A DNA stretch of 64,000 nt, taken from assembly GCF_009914755.1 (NCBI RefSeq), contig NC_060935.1; one strand, given 5' to 3'. The stretch's first letter is position 1; every line of letters starts with the position of its first letter. This DNA is from the human T2T-CHM13v2.0 reference genome, Homo sapiens. The notes beneath the pieces are model-generated. The model was not told the DNA's origin. It worked only from the letters and a program-made list of their open reading frames with translations, and made no database searches. The translations under genes and the position numbers were made by a program. Shown in pieces: positions 1 to 13,979 of this stretch.

Positions 1-515
1 GCGACGGGGGCGCCTTGAGCTCTGTTTGGCTGGGACTCACCACAGGGGGCTGCATTGGGCCTGTAGTGCTGGGCAGAGGAGCTTGGGGCTTTCGGCAGGG
101 ACGGGTGTGGTTAGATTTGTGTTTTGACGGGTCCCTTGCCGCAGGGTGGAGAACGGATGAGCCAGGCTGTCTGGGAGCAGAGTGGGCAGGCAGTTGGTGG
201 TGGGCCCAAGGCCGGGCAGCAGCTGGGGTCAGGACAGGGGAAGCGGCCGGAGTACTGAAACCTTTAGGATGGCCAGTTGGACTCAGGGGGAAGCACAGGT
301 TTCTAAATCTGTTAGCCCACGTGGGGATGCCATTAGGTACAGGGAGGACCCCTGGGGCCAAACACACTCCTGGGGGCCGATGCTGAGGTTGGCCTTGGAT
401 GCTGAGTTTGAGGCACCTGTGGTCCAGGAGGAACGCCATCCAAGAGAGAACAATGGCAGGGGGTTTGGAATAGGACCCCCAAGGATGGAGGGGGAGAGTG
501 TGACCAATGCTCTCA

Positions 516-817
<302 letters not shown>

Positions 818-2179
818 TTGGGGGCCCTGGCTGGGGCAGGGGGACTGACTGGCTGACTCTGCAGATCCCTGTGGCCCACTCCCTGGATGTAGGGGTGCCA
901 GGCAGAGGCCGTTAGTCACAAGCTGAAGGCCAGCACTGCAGGTTACTCTTCATCCTACCTCCCCAGAAAGGAACGAGGTGCCCACAGTCTATGAGAACAC
1001 CCCCCAAGCCACAGCTCACACAGGCCCAGGGTTCTGGCTCTCCCAGGGGAGGCTCAATGAGCCAGGGTGGAGAGCTGACCCTTAGCAGGCTGGTCCTCGC
1101 CTGGGCCACTGGGGTGAAGTCAGGCAGAGGAAAGGGCATCCTCCACAGCTCCGATTGTCTACCCATGGTGGGCAGAGCTGCCCATTCCGGGCAGACGGTG
1201 TCTTGTCAGATTCAAGGACAATGCTGCGAGCTGGCCTAGAGCTCAAGATGGCAAGGGAGACAAGCCAGGGGCTGGAACCAACCACCTTCCCAGCCAGCGC
1301 CAGTGCCTGTAGTTAAGCATGCAGATGCGACTCCGATGTGTGATGGCCAGGAAAGGAGACAGTCAGGCACAAGCTCTGTGGAGTGTGGCTGTCAGTCCAG
1401 AAGGCCTGACTCAGGCAGTGAAGGCTGGGAGAGGGGAAGGGGCCAGCAGGACGTGACAATGAGAAAGAAAAGGCTGGGGAAGCCGGGGTGCAGTGAGGGA
1501 GAAGACAGGAGGAGAGGACTGGGGGGCAGCTTCTGACCCATTCTCCCCACTCCATATTTTCCCAGCCTCGGCTTTGAAGTTACTTCAAATGGTTTGGGAG
1601 TTACCGTCTTAGCCTTTTATCCCAGGCCCTTTGACATCCTTTTTGGAGATGAACTTAAATAAGAAGCTGGCCACCCAAACCTAGCCCAGGGAGATCTTGG
1701 TGAGTGGGAGACAGGAGATTCCGGACAAAGATCAGCTCTGCCTCAGCGCCAGGTGGTTGAGAAGCCACAGCCAACTCCACAACCACTTTTGGGTGGGGCC
1801 CCATGCTGCCATGTTTACAGCAGATGCTGCTCTGTCTCTCCCCATTTCCCAGAGGAAGAAGCCGAGCTCCAGAACACTCTATAGCTTGCTCCAGGTCTCA
1901 GCAGCCGCAGACCTGGCCTGAGAACATGGCCTTACAAGATGCCCTGGCCACGTGTGGCCCATCAGCTCTTGCTGCCTTGGGCAGGTGGGCAGATGAAGGA
2001 CCAAAGGCCAAGCTCAGGCTGGGCAGGTGGCAAAGGAACCTAGTTAAACAAACAGCTGGGACTCTAGGACCAGGGCTCAATCCTGACTCTGGGCCTCCAG
2101 GAATGACTTTGCTCTGTGCCTCAGTGGTCCCGTCTTCAAAATGGAGATTGTGATGCTGATCTCCTGGGGCTGAGGCAAT

Positions 2180-2385
2180 GCAGCAGGTCACACATGTGCA
2201 GCAGGTTACACACACACAGTGGGTTACACTCACGCAGCAAGTTACACACGCACAGCACATTACACACGCACAGATCACACACACGCAGCGGGTCACACAC
2301 AGGTTACACACAGTAGGTTACACTCACACAGCAGGTCATACACAGCAGGTTACACTCACACAGCAAGTCACATTCACACAGCACA
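2180..2385. repeat. ~18-bp degenerate minisatellite (gcagcaggttacacacac)
   Basis: About a dozen imperfect copies visible directly; explains the QQVTHT/CVTC ORFs. Confidence 0.85.
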
Positions 2386-2944
2386 GGGACAGGGCAGGCA
2401 TGTAACAAGCACAGAGCAAGTGCTGGCTGGATGTTCAGGATGGGAGCCTGGAATCCAGGGGAACTGGCCTAAGGAGCAGGCTCCGGGGTCGAATCCCAGG
2501 ACTGGCCCTGGGGTCCTGGGTTACCTGGAGCAAGGGACTTGCACTATTCAGGACTAGCAATAGTGACCCCACCTCATGAGCAGGGCAGGATCAGATTCTG
2601 TTCTGCACAGGTTCAGGCCGAGCTGGCCACACCACGGGGGTGATGTGTTGAATTTAGCTCCTTCACCCCTAAGGCTGGCTCCAGGAGGTTCATCGAACAG
2701 GTCAGAAAAAGGATTAAAGATGCTGGCTGTGGCCTCCTCTGGGGCCCAGGAGCCTCCCAGCAAGCACCAGGGCGGGCGTGGGTACCAGGGAGAAACCCAA
2801 GTCAGTGGCAACGACACAGTCAACCTCCAGGGTGCGGAGTGATGGTGCACATTCACAGAACAAAACCCTGCCACGTGCACGGCAGAAAGCAAGGCTCCCC
2901 AAGGAGCAGGATGCACCCACACGATTGTGGCGAGCAGTCAGTAC

Positions 2945-2950
2945 TTTAAT
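2945..2950 (-). terminator. C11orf24: C11orf24 poly(A) signal ATTAAA (3'UTR ~2925-3234)
   Basis: tttaat on + strand ~285 nt past the stop, followed on the minus strand by GT-rich sequence. Confidence 0.65.
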
Positions 2951-3234
2951 TCAGGTCAGGCTCCGACACCTGGGGAGACGGGGTCCTGCCCGCCCCACCC
3001 TGAGGTGGAACCCCCAGCTGCTCCTGGGCACAGAATCATTTACAAAAATAAATATGAAAAAAGCAGCAACTCTTTAGTGATCATGGAATTAATCTGACAG
3101 CAATTAAATGTGTTTAAGCATCTGGCATATCTCCTCAATTGCACCAAAAGAATTTGGAAGCACTTGGTTTGGTCTCAAAGGCAAAAGGAAAGGACGAGGA
3201 AGGGGCCAGGCCTCCCGCCAGGCCCCCGCCCCCC

Positions 3235-4509
<1,275 letters not shown>

Positions 4510-5276
4510 TTAAAGTCAGAAAAAGGAGAAAAAGAGAGACAATCATGTTCAATCCTGCACAGGGGGATTGCTCAGGGATCGGCTTCCACCCAGGCCTGTG
4601 GGGCCCCCTCCTCAGCCCAGCCAGAGTCGGGGGAGGTGATGTGCGAACATGCTTCCTCCCCATCTCTCTTCCCACTGTTGGCATGCAGCTCATTGAAAAA
4701 GCCCTTGTCAATTTGATTTTAAAACTCCTTTGCCCTCTATGAACCCCCTGCCCATTGAAGGCTTCAGACCTTCACTATTTGATCCAATTCCCAAAACATC
4801 AGAGTAAAAGTCTCACACAACAGGTGTGATTCACCATTAAAAGCCCACTGAACGCACACCCAGGTTTACAAAGCAGATAAACTGCACAGGTATTCACATC
4901 ATAAAAGAACGCTTGGCTTTGTGAAAGGATTCACTGCAGGAATTCTTGGAAATGAATGGCACAGAGTGGGAACGCAGTTAAAGATCTGATGTATGAAGGA
5001 ATCAATTCCCCAGTGAAGATTCAATTTAGAGATGACATCAAATCTTGCAGGCCAAGCGAGCAAACCTTTCAGGGCTCAGCTGCCTGGTCCTGCTAGGGGC
5101 TCTTTGCCCACCATGGCCCTGGAGAAGGAAGGTTGGCCTGACAACCCTTCCCTGTGCGGCACCTGGGAGGGCTGCGGTTCCTGACGCGTTGGCCTGGGTT
5201 TGCAGATGCTGCTTTCAAGGGCTCAGCATGCTTTGTGGCCACCGTGGGCCCATCCAGCAGTCACACAGCTTTCTCA

Positions 5277-5456
<180 letters not shown>

Positions 5457-5910
5457 CTGTGGTCAAGAAAGCACGCTGGTCAGAAGGCGTCTGGCCAGCA
5501 ACACACAGCCTTGCCTGAGAGCACCTGCTGTGGAGGGCTCTGGCAGGGTCCAAGGTGCAGACTGAGCCAAGTGCTGAGACCAGGGCCTGGTGCCCAGGAA
5601 GACCTCAGCCATGGTATAGTAATGAACTGCCCTGTGCTTTGCATCTGATCACTTCTTGACCCGATTTCACTATGAATCTCAACCTGCAAAAGTTCCCATT
5701 CTCCCATCCTAGAGTTCAGAGTTTAAAGGAGCAGGAGAGAGGGCTAAGACTTGGTTGTGTTCATAGGGTGAAGGCCTTCTCATCACCAAGACTGGTCAAG
5801 TCTTCCTCCTCAGCTTCCCCCATAGTCTGCAGAGTACAAATCAAGCCTAATGCACCCCATGTGCACCCTGTGACAGGTGACTGTGCCTTTCACATGGGAG
5901 ATACTACTTA

Positions 5911-7062
5911 ACCATTCATCCATCAATCCACCCATTCATCCATCCACCTGCCCGCCCACCCATCCATCCACCCACTATTCTATCCATCTACTCATCTGTC
6001 CATCCATCCATCCACTCACCCATCCATCCATCCACTTACCCACTTACCCATCTATCCATCCATCCATCCATCCACCCACCCATCCATCCACCCACTCATC
6101 CATCCACCCACTCATCCATCCATCCATCCATCCATCCACCCACCCACCCATCCATCCACCCACCCACCCATCCATCTACCTACTCATCCATCCATCCACC
6201 CACTATTCTATCCATCTACTCACCTGTCCATCCATAAGTCCATCCATCCATCCATCCATCCATCCACCCATCCATCCACCCACTCATCCATCCATCCACC
6301 CACCATATCCTATCCATCTGTTCATCTGTCCATCCATCCACCCACCCACCCCATCCATCCACCCACTCATCCATCCATCCATCCATCCTTCTATCCATCT
6401 ACTCATCTGTCCATCCATCCATCCATCCACCCACCCATCCACCCACCCACTCTTCCATCCATCCATCCACCCACTATTCTATACATCTACTCATCTGTCC
6501 ATCCATAGGTTCACTCATCCATCCATCCATCCATCTACCCACCCACCCATCTATCCACTATTCTATTCATCTATTCATCTGTCCATCCATCCATCCATCC
6601 ATCCATCCATCCATCCATTCATCCATCCATCCACTCATCCACTTTTCCATCCATCTACTCATCTGTCCATCCACCCACCCATGCATCCATCCATCCACCC
6701 ACCTGTCCATCCACCCATCCACCCACCCACCCGTCCATCCACCCACCCATCCGTCCATCCACCCATCCATCCACCCACCCACCCACCCATCCATCCATCC
6801 ATCCACCCACCCACCCATCCACCCACCCACTCACCCATCCATCCATCCATCCACCCATCCATCCATCCATCCATCCACCCATCCATCCATCCACCCACCC
6901 ATCTATCCATCCATCCATCCACCCACCCACCCACCCATACACTCATCCATCCATCCATCCATCCATCCATCCATCCACCCATCCATCCATCCATCCACCC
7001 ACCCACACACTTATCCATCCATCCACCCACCCACCCATCCATGCACCCAGCCATCCTTTCAT
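5911..7062. repeat. ~1.15 kb degenerate (CCAT/CCAC)n array
   Basis: Directly visible; gives the spurious HPSI and MDGW ORFs. Confidence 0.97.
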
Positions 7063-7620
7063 CCAATATTTACTTAGTGCTTTCTCATGTGCCAGGCAGT
7101 ACACTTAGGACAAAAAGGTGAAAAACACACAAGCTCTTCAGGGACCTGCAGTCCATGGGAGACACAGAAAAGAGGTCATTGCAGGCTGGCACAAGCATTG
7201 TGCAGGGTGTGACTCAGTGCTGGGAAGCAAGGAGGAGACAGTATGCGGGCAGGCCTTGAAGAGTGAGGTAGGCTGATACTCTGGGCAGAAGCCCCAAGGG
7301 TGGCTGGGCCCCAGAGGACAGGGTGCCACAGGGGCCCAGAGGACACAGTTCAGCCAGTGGTGGTGTGGTCGGCATGCCAAGGAAGGCTTCCTGGGAAAGC
7401 GATGCCTGGGCCGCATTCTGAAAGCTGGGTGGGGGTGGGCAGGCAGGTGGAGAGGGAGCAGCAGATGACAACAGCAGGGTCAGAGGCAAGGAAGAGCATG
7501 GTGAGGCGGGAATTAGTCTGGAGAGCGTGAGGAGGCCCCATGAGCCATGTGGCAGTTTAGATTTCACAGTAGGGGGATGCGAGTCCCTCCGGGGCCTTAG
7601 ACAAGAACAGAAAGGTGCTT
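7055..7620 (-). mobile_element. L2 LINE 3' fragment
   Basis: tcatccaatatttacttagtgc...tgtgccaggca resembles the reverse-complement L2 3' end. Confidence 0.6.
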
Positions 7621-7834
7621 TTAGCAAGAGGGGAGGCAGGGGCAGCCAGTGAGGGGCAGCGATCCAGGCACCTGATACAGAGGCTCTCTCAATGAATGAA
7701 GGCATGAGTGAATGAGTGACTGACCCACTTCAGAGACTGCAGTGGTCCCCACAGCCGGCCCAAGTTGCTGTAAAGCAAAGCCCTCTCCTTCATTCTAATG
7801 CTCCACAGAAGTGATGTGGACGCCTTAACACATT

Positions 7835-8113
7835 TTTATTTTTTTGAGATGGGTCTCGCTCTGCTGCCCAGGCTGGACTGCAGTGGCATGATCGTACCTC
7901 ACTACAGTTTTGACCTCCCAGGCTCAAATGATCCTCCCACCTCAGCTGGGATCACAGGCGCATGCCACCACACCTGGCTATTTTTTTTGTGTGTGTGGAG
8001 AGAGGATTCTTGCTATGTTGCCCAGGGTGGTCTCCAGCTCCTCGGCTGAAGCAATCTTCCCACCTTGGCCTCCAAAGTATTGGGATTACAGGCATGAGCT
8101 ATTGTGCCCGGCC
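7835..8113 (-). mobile_element. AluJ
   Basis: Reverse Alu, diverged. Confidence 0.85.
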
Positions 8114-9300
8114 CTTAATGTATTATAAAAAAATTATTTGGTTTGGTTTATTTGTTTTGTTAGATAAAATAATGAAAACAGTCACAAGGTAACCAGCACT
8201 TAGCAGCCCACAGCAAAGTGTGGCCCCAGCTGCATAGCTGTAGGCAGACTGGGGCTTTGGGGTGCTGGGTGAGCTGCCCATTGGTCACTCAGGGACGAAG
8301 GGGCCATTGAATGCATGAGTGGCAGAAGCAGCCTTTTAGCTCTTTCAGCATTCACTGTCATTCCCTTGAGGAAGCTACTGTAATAGGGTCAAGAGACCAT
8401 GCAAGGGGAGTGGGAGACCAGCAGGACACACAGAGGCCAACAGCACTGCCTGCGTTCCAACTCCAGCTCCCATGCTCACTAACCAAGTGACATGTGCAGC
8501 CACAGGACCTCTGAGCCCCGCTGAGCTGCATGGGAGTGACATGGGACATGGGATCACACGGGCAAGGACCCAGCATGGCGCCTGGCTTAGCCAGCAGCCC
8601 ACCCGAGAAGCACTTCCAGCTACGCAAAAGCAGCCACTGCGCAACAAGAAGCCCCTGGGTGGCTTCCTGCCTCCTGTAATCCATGTGGACTGTTGTCAAG
8701 CTGCCCCGGGGCTGGAGAAAGCCCTTAGAGCACACACTCCTCTGGAAGGCTGGTGTGTTCCACGAGACTTCCGGTCTCTTTCCGAGAGTCACTAACTTTT
8801 CTCTAGCTTCAAATGGTGCTTTCTCTTCAAAATGGTCTGTAAGGGCTCCTAATGTGTTAGGGGCTTAGAAAAATTACTTGGCCTTACAAACCACAGATCT
8901 AGAGTGCAAAAAGCATTCTTTGTTCTGACAGAAAAAAGTGTGGCGGGGGGGATGGGGAGAGAAGAAACTAACCAATATCATGCAAGGCAGAACTGAAACT
9001 GGAAGGTTTCGGGCACAAAGAACTCACAATCCTCCACGGGTCAAGGCAGTGCAGCTGGGCTTTTGATAAATATGAGTATTTAAATGGCTCTCTCTTGGGC
9101 CAGTAACATCTACCGAATGTTTTTAAAATGCTACCACCCCTGGTATGTTCCCCAGGCCCGAGCCCGGGATTTGAGGTCCTCTGGGTGAGTTAAAGGTGAG
9201 ATGATGTGGCAGGGGCTTCTTATGGGTGAAGAGGGTCTCGGCTCCTGAATGTACCCCAGCCCCAGGCCTTCTGCTGCCCCCTCACTACAAATCTCTAGGG

Positions 9301-9514
9301 CAGGGGTCAGCACACTTTCTCTATAGAGGACAGGATGGCAAATATTTGGGATTCTGTGGGCCATTTGGTCTGTGTCTTAGCTACTCCATTCTGCCGCTAC
9401 GGTACAGAGGCAGCCCTGGAATAGAAGTGAATGGTGGGCATGGTTGTGTCCCAATAAAACTTTATTTATACAAACAGGCAGCAGGTGGGATTCGGCCACA
9501 GTTTGCTAGCCCCT
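9301..9514 (+). mobile_element. MER58-type hAT MITE
   Basis: TIRs CAGGGGTCAGCA ... TGCTAGCCCCTG; internal ccaataaaactttatttatacaaacagg. Confidence 0.75.
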
Positions 9515-9897
9515 GCTTTAGCACTTCAGCCAGCTTCAGGGACCGTGCTCCAGCTACAGCAGGGAGGATCAGACTCAATGTACTGAATGAACCTCCTCCT
9601 TCTTGTCCAGTTCTTTGCCTTGGAACAGACAAGGACCTTCTCCTTCCTGAGAGGGGACAGCCTTTCATCATCTTCTGCTAAGAGGCGCCCCTCCACCACC
9701 CTGCATGAGTAAGACACAGCCTCCCTGCAGCACAGAGGAGGCTTCTGTGAGTGCCCACGGCATCACCAAGGTCAGGGAGAACCTCTTGAGGTAACTTGCA
9801 TTTGTGTCACGAAGCCGAAGAGGGTTGCAGGGGATTGCGTGATCCCCATCCTGTTCATGGGCCACCACCCCAGTCCACTCAGAAGATAAGGCCTCCT

Positions 9898-10256
<359 letters not shown>

Positions 10257-10380
10257 TTACTATAAGGCCTGGCTGTCTTTCCTTTTCCCTTGACCCTCTG
10301 ATGATCTTGCAAAGCTCCCTCTGGGCTCACCGTCCCATCACCCAACAAGCAGGCCCAGCCTGCAGGGCCAGGACACTTAC

Positions 10381-10578
10381 CAGAGGCTGCTGCTAAGGAG
10401 ATGCTCCCAGCCTGGACCATCTTCCTCCTTGGAGAGCTGTGGGCTTGACACTGTGTCGCTGGGCGAAGTCTGGCTTTGCAGGGGGTGAAAGCCACGTGGT
10501 GGGGCACTCCCGGGCCATGCCATCCTTTGTGGCACATGTGAGACGAAGGTAGACTCTCCACTCTAGTAACAGACGCAT
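10381..10578 (-). other. C11orf24: C11orf24 5'UTR exon 2 (198 nt, uORF-rich)
   Basis: Acceptor ctttttttcaaactctag|ATG at 10579/10578; consensus donor CTG|GTAAGT at 10381/10380; unique sequence between Alus. Confidence 0.75.
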
Positions 10579-10736
10579 CTAGAGTTTGAAAAAAAGTCCA
10601 CATTCCTTATGAAAGGCATGAAGGAAAATTCCAGTGAGGAGGGAGGCACAAAAAGAGCAGAATTCAATAGATCATTCATTCCACTGGGAAAACGACAACA
10701 TGGATCAAAGCTTTCAATGTCAAAACTTCCAATGCA

Positions 10737-11045
<309 letters not shown>

Positions 11046-11834
11046 GACTTCCAATGCAGCAACTTCTACTGCAGTTTCTTTTAAGGAAGCACTCAGACAG
11101 AGGTCCAAAGATGATCTACAAAGATATTTCTCACAGCATTATTTAGAAAGAGTAAAAAACTGGAATAGTTCTGTCAAGTATGGCCCCATTCATATATAAA
11201 ATACTATGGCAACTGTTAAAAATACACAACTCTCTACTTATTGACATGGGAAGATATATAGCATGCATCAGTAAATGAACACGGCAGGTTACACAGCAAC
11301 GTGTGGACCATGATCCTATTTTTGTTAAAAGGGACATTTATTCAAGGGTCTGGAAAGATTTGCACTAGAATGTTAATGAATATCCCTGGGGAATGGATTC
11401 ACCTGTGATTTTCATTCTCTACTTCATATCTTTCCTTCTTTTTTTTTTTTAACAAGCATGTATCACTTTTGGAAAACATTTCTGAAAGGCTCCAAGGAAA
11501 GAAAACAGCATATTTTCTTCAAGTACTTCAAGCCACTAAGCAGAAAGGCACAGAGTTATCCCACCTGATACAGTTTCACATGCTGATTTCCATAATTTAG
11601 AGAGACTACACGATCTATATATCAGGAGAGACATTTTCCTAGGAGCCAACCAAAACTTCGGAGGAATCCAGGAGCAAAGCCATAATGCAAAGATGTCAAC
11701 CGGCACAAATGCTTCTCTCATTGATGAATATTTAACGCGTACTCAGGAGATTACAGAAACAGCTCGTCACCTCTTATCATGGGAAGGTTATCAGTAGGTG
11801 GTGATATCAAGGACCACCATGGGCCTGCTCCCAA

Positions 11835-12015
11835 CACAGATGCCCACGTGTGCACACACAGCCACACATACATGCACTTAGTCACACACGCTTGTGTGCG
11901 CACAGCTGCACATATGTCCATCTGCACATGCACACATGCCACCACACATGTGCACTCACACAGGCACACACATACACATGCAAAATCACACACACAAAGG
12001 TGAGGGCACACACAC
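11835..12015. repeat. Degenerate CA-rich simple repeat
   Basis: cacacatacatgcac-type units. Confidence 0.8.
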
Positions 12016-13979
12016 GGAGCAGGTCCACAAGGCTATATCAGGACACTCCACGGGTTTCTCAGGAAACTTCTGCTGGATACCATCACCACTTACTCCCTCC
12101 CAGCCGGTGGGGCTGGTGGTCACTCCCACAGAAACAGGAATTGGCCACTGTGTAGTCGAGAACAGGCCTTCTTTGTCCTATGACTTCATCCCTCTGCTAT
12201 GGTCCTGCCTCCACTTTCCAACAGAATATTCTAAATGTCAAGATCCCATGCGGGAACCTGTGGTCATCTATGTAAGTTGACTCATGATGGACAAACCATT
12301 AACAACATTTAAAATAACAGTTTCCCCTGCAAAGGCTTCAAGCCAAAATTAGGATGTGGGTCTCGGGACCCCACCCAGTTATTCTCATTATTATGTGGTA
12401 CAGGGAGACTGGGTAGATCAGGGTCTCAGACCATAATAGATGGGAAAAAAGAGACCCCAGGGGCAGGAGGGGAATGAGCGAGAGAGAATTAAGTTTGTAT
12501 TAAGTTGGAGACCAGGGCAGATGGAAAGACGGAAGGTTAGGCTGGCACTGGGAGCTCCCTTCTTCAGGGGTCAGCTCCCCATAGGATCTGCAAGGAAGGT
12601 GCAACAGGATACTCCCTTGAGCCATGTGACACTCCATGACAAAGGCACCCCCAACTATGCCCCTGGGTGTCAACCTCCCTATCCTTTTCTGGTTCATGAC
12701 CTCGAGATGCCTCCCAAGGCATCTTGTCTGAATTCTTGTGTTCTGAACCTTGGCTTGTTATATGTGGCGCACTTTATGCAAGTTACACAAAACTGGACTC
12801 CAGGCGTGGTGCTGCATGCCTGTAATCCCAGACACTCAGGAGGCTGAGGTGGGAGGATTACAAGCCCAGAAGTTTGAGTTCAGCCTGGGCAACATAGTGA
12901 GACCCCATCTCTTAAAAAAAAAAAAAAGGGAAAGAAATAACTTAATTCTTTTTTTCTGGCATAGAGAGGTTCCAAAGACCAATCCTGAAGCTTGGTAAAG
13001 GACTACAGCTGTTACCCCCACATTCTATCAGGCTATTAAGACTCACTCAGCCGCAACATGGCCAGGCCCCCACACCAAGTTAGGCAAGCTACAGATACCA
13101 AGGAGTAGGAACTGCAAACACAAATACAGGGCAAACTGCAGGTACCTAATCCTGACACGTCACCTGGCTGAACTTTGGTAGCAGAAGCCCAAGGAACACA
13201 GACTTATGGCTTTGTGTATATAGACATTGTCCTGTAGTCCAAAGGATGTGACTCTGTGGCAGACGGGAACCTAGAACATTGGACATTTATTATATTACAT
13301 TAACTACCTTGCTTGCTTCCAGGTTTCTGGAAGTTTTGGTAACACAGCTAAATACTAGGGCCTAGTTTTTGCTAAGAACGTGGGTAGCTCTGACATTCCT
13401 TTGTCCATTAGGCAGATCCACTGTATAAATGGAAACATCTGTATTTTAAAGATTTTCCTAGCTGATTTTATCGAAATGTTAGAGATTTTCCTGGGGCGAG
13501 GGATAGCTGCAAGTTATTACAGTCAGATTTCTAAGCACGATGATTATTTCTGGTGGCAAACCATGCGTGTGGAGGCCGATTCCTCCTATCAGCCTAACGA
13601 TTAAGTCAACATGCTAAGCAGCCACACGGGGGCTACTAAGTGACTCGCACGGGGGAAGCAGGCAGGGAGACAGATGGGCAGGGGAGGGAATCTGGGGCAA
13701 TGCACAACCTCCACCCAGGTAGAGAGAGGGTCTGGGGGATAGGTCTGTGTCACTCAAGTAAGAGCGACACTTCTTGGGGTCCAGTCCCGTCCTGGGCTTG
13801 CCCGGGAAAGACCCCAGGACAAATTCGGCCCCCTTCCAGAGTGTCCCCATTCTGCTCCCACAATGGGACAAGCCGGCCTCTTCTCCAGTCTGGGCCCCCT
13901 TCGGCCCTCCTCCCTCCTCCTGTCTCTTGGGCCCCCAGCCATGCTCGGCCCCCAGTTGACTTCTTCAGTACCTGCATTG

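Noticed and set aside
2180-2385. Regularly spaced repeats considered as a CRISPR-like array
   Set aside because: No unique spacers; degenerate CA-rich minisatellite in eukaryotic DNA.
5877-7121. 414-aa HPSI-rich ORF and antisense MDGW ORFs
   Set aside because: Translation of the (CCAT)n simple repeat, which is stop-free by composition.
10381-10395. Read-through from the 61-aa uORF into the in-frame C11orf24 CDS
   Set aside because: A second in-frame TGA occurs in exon 3 before the main ATG.
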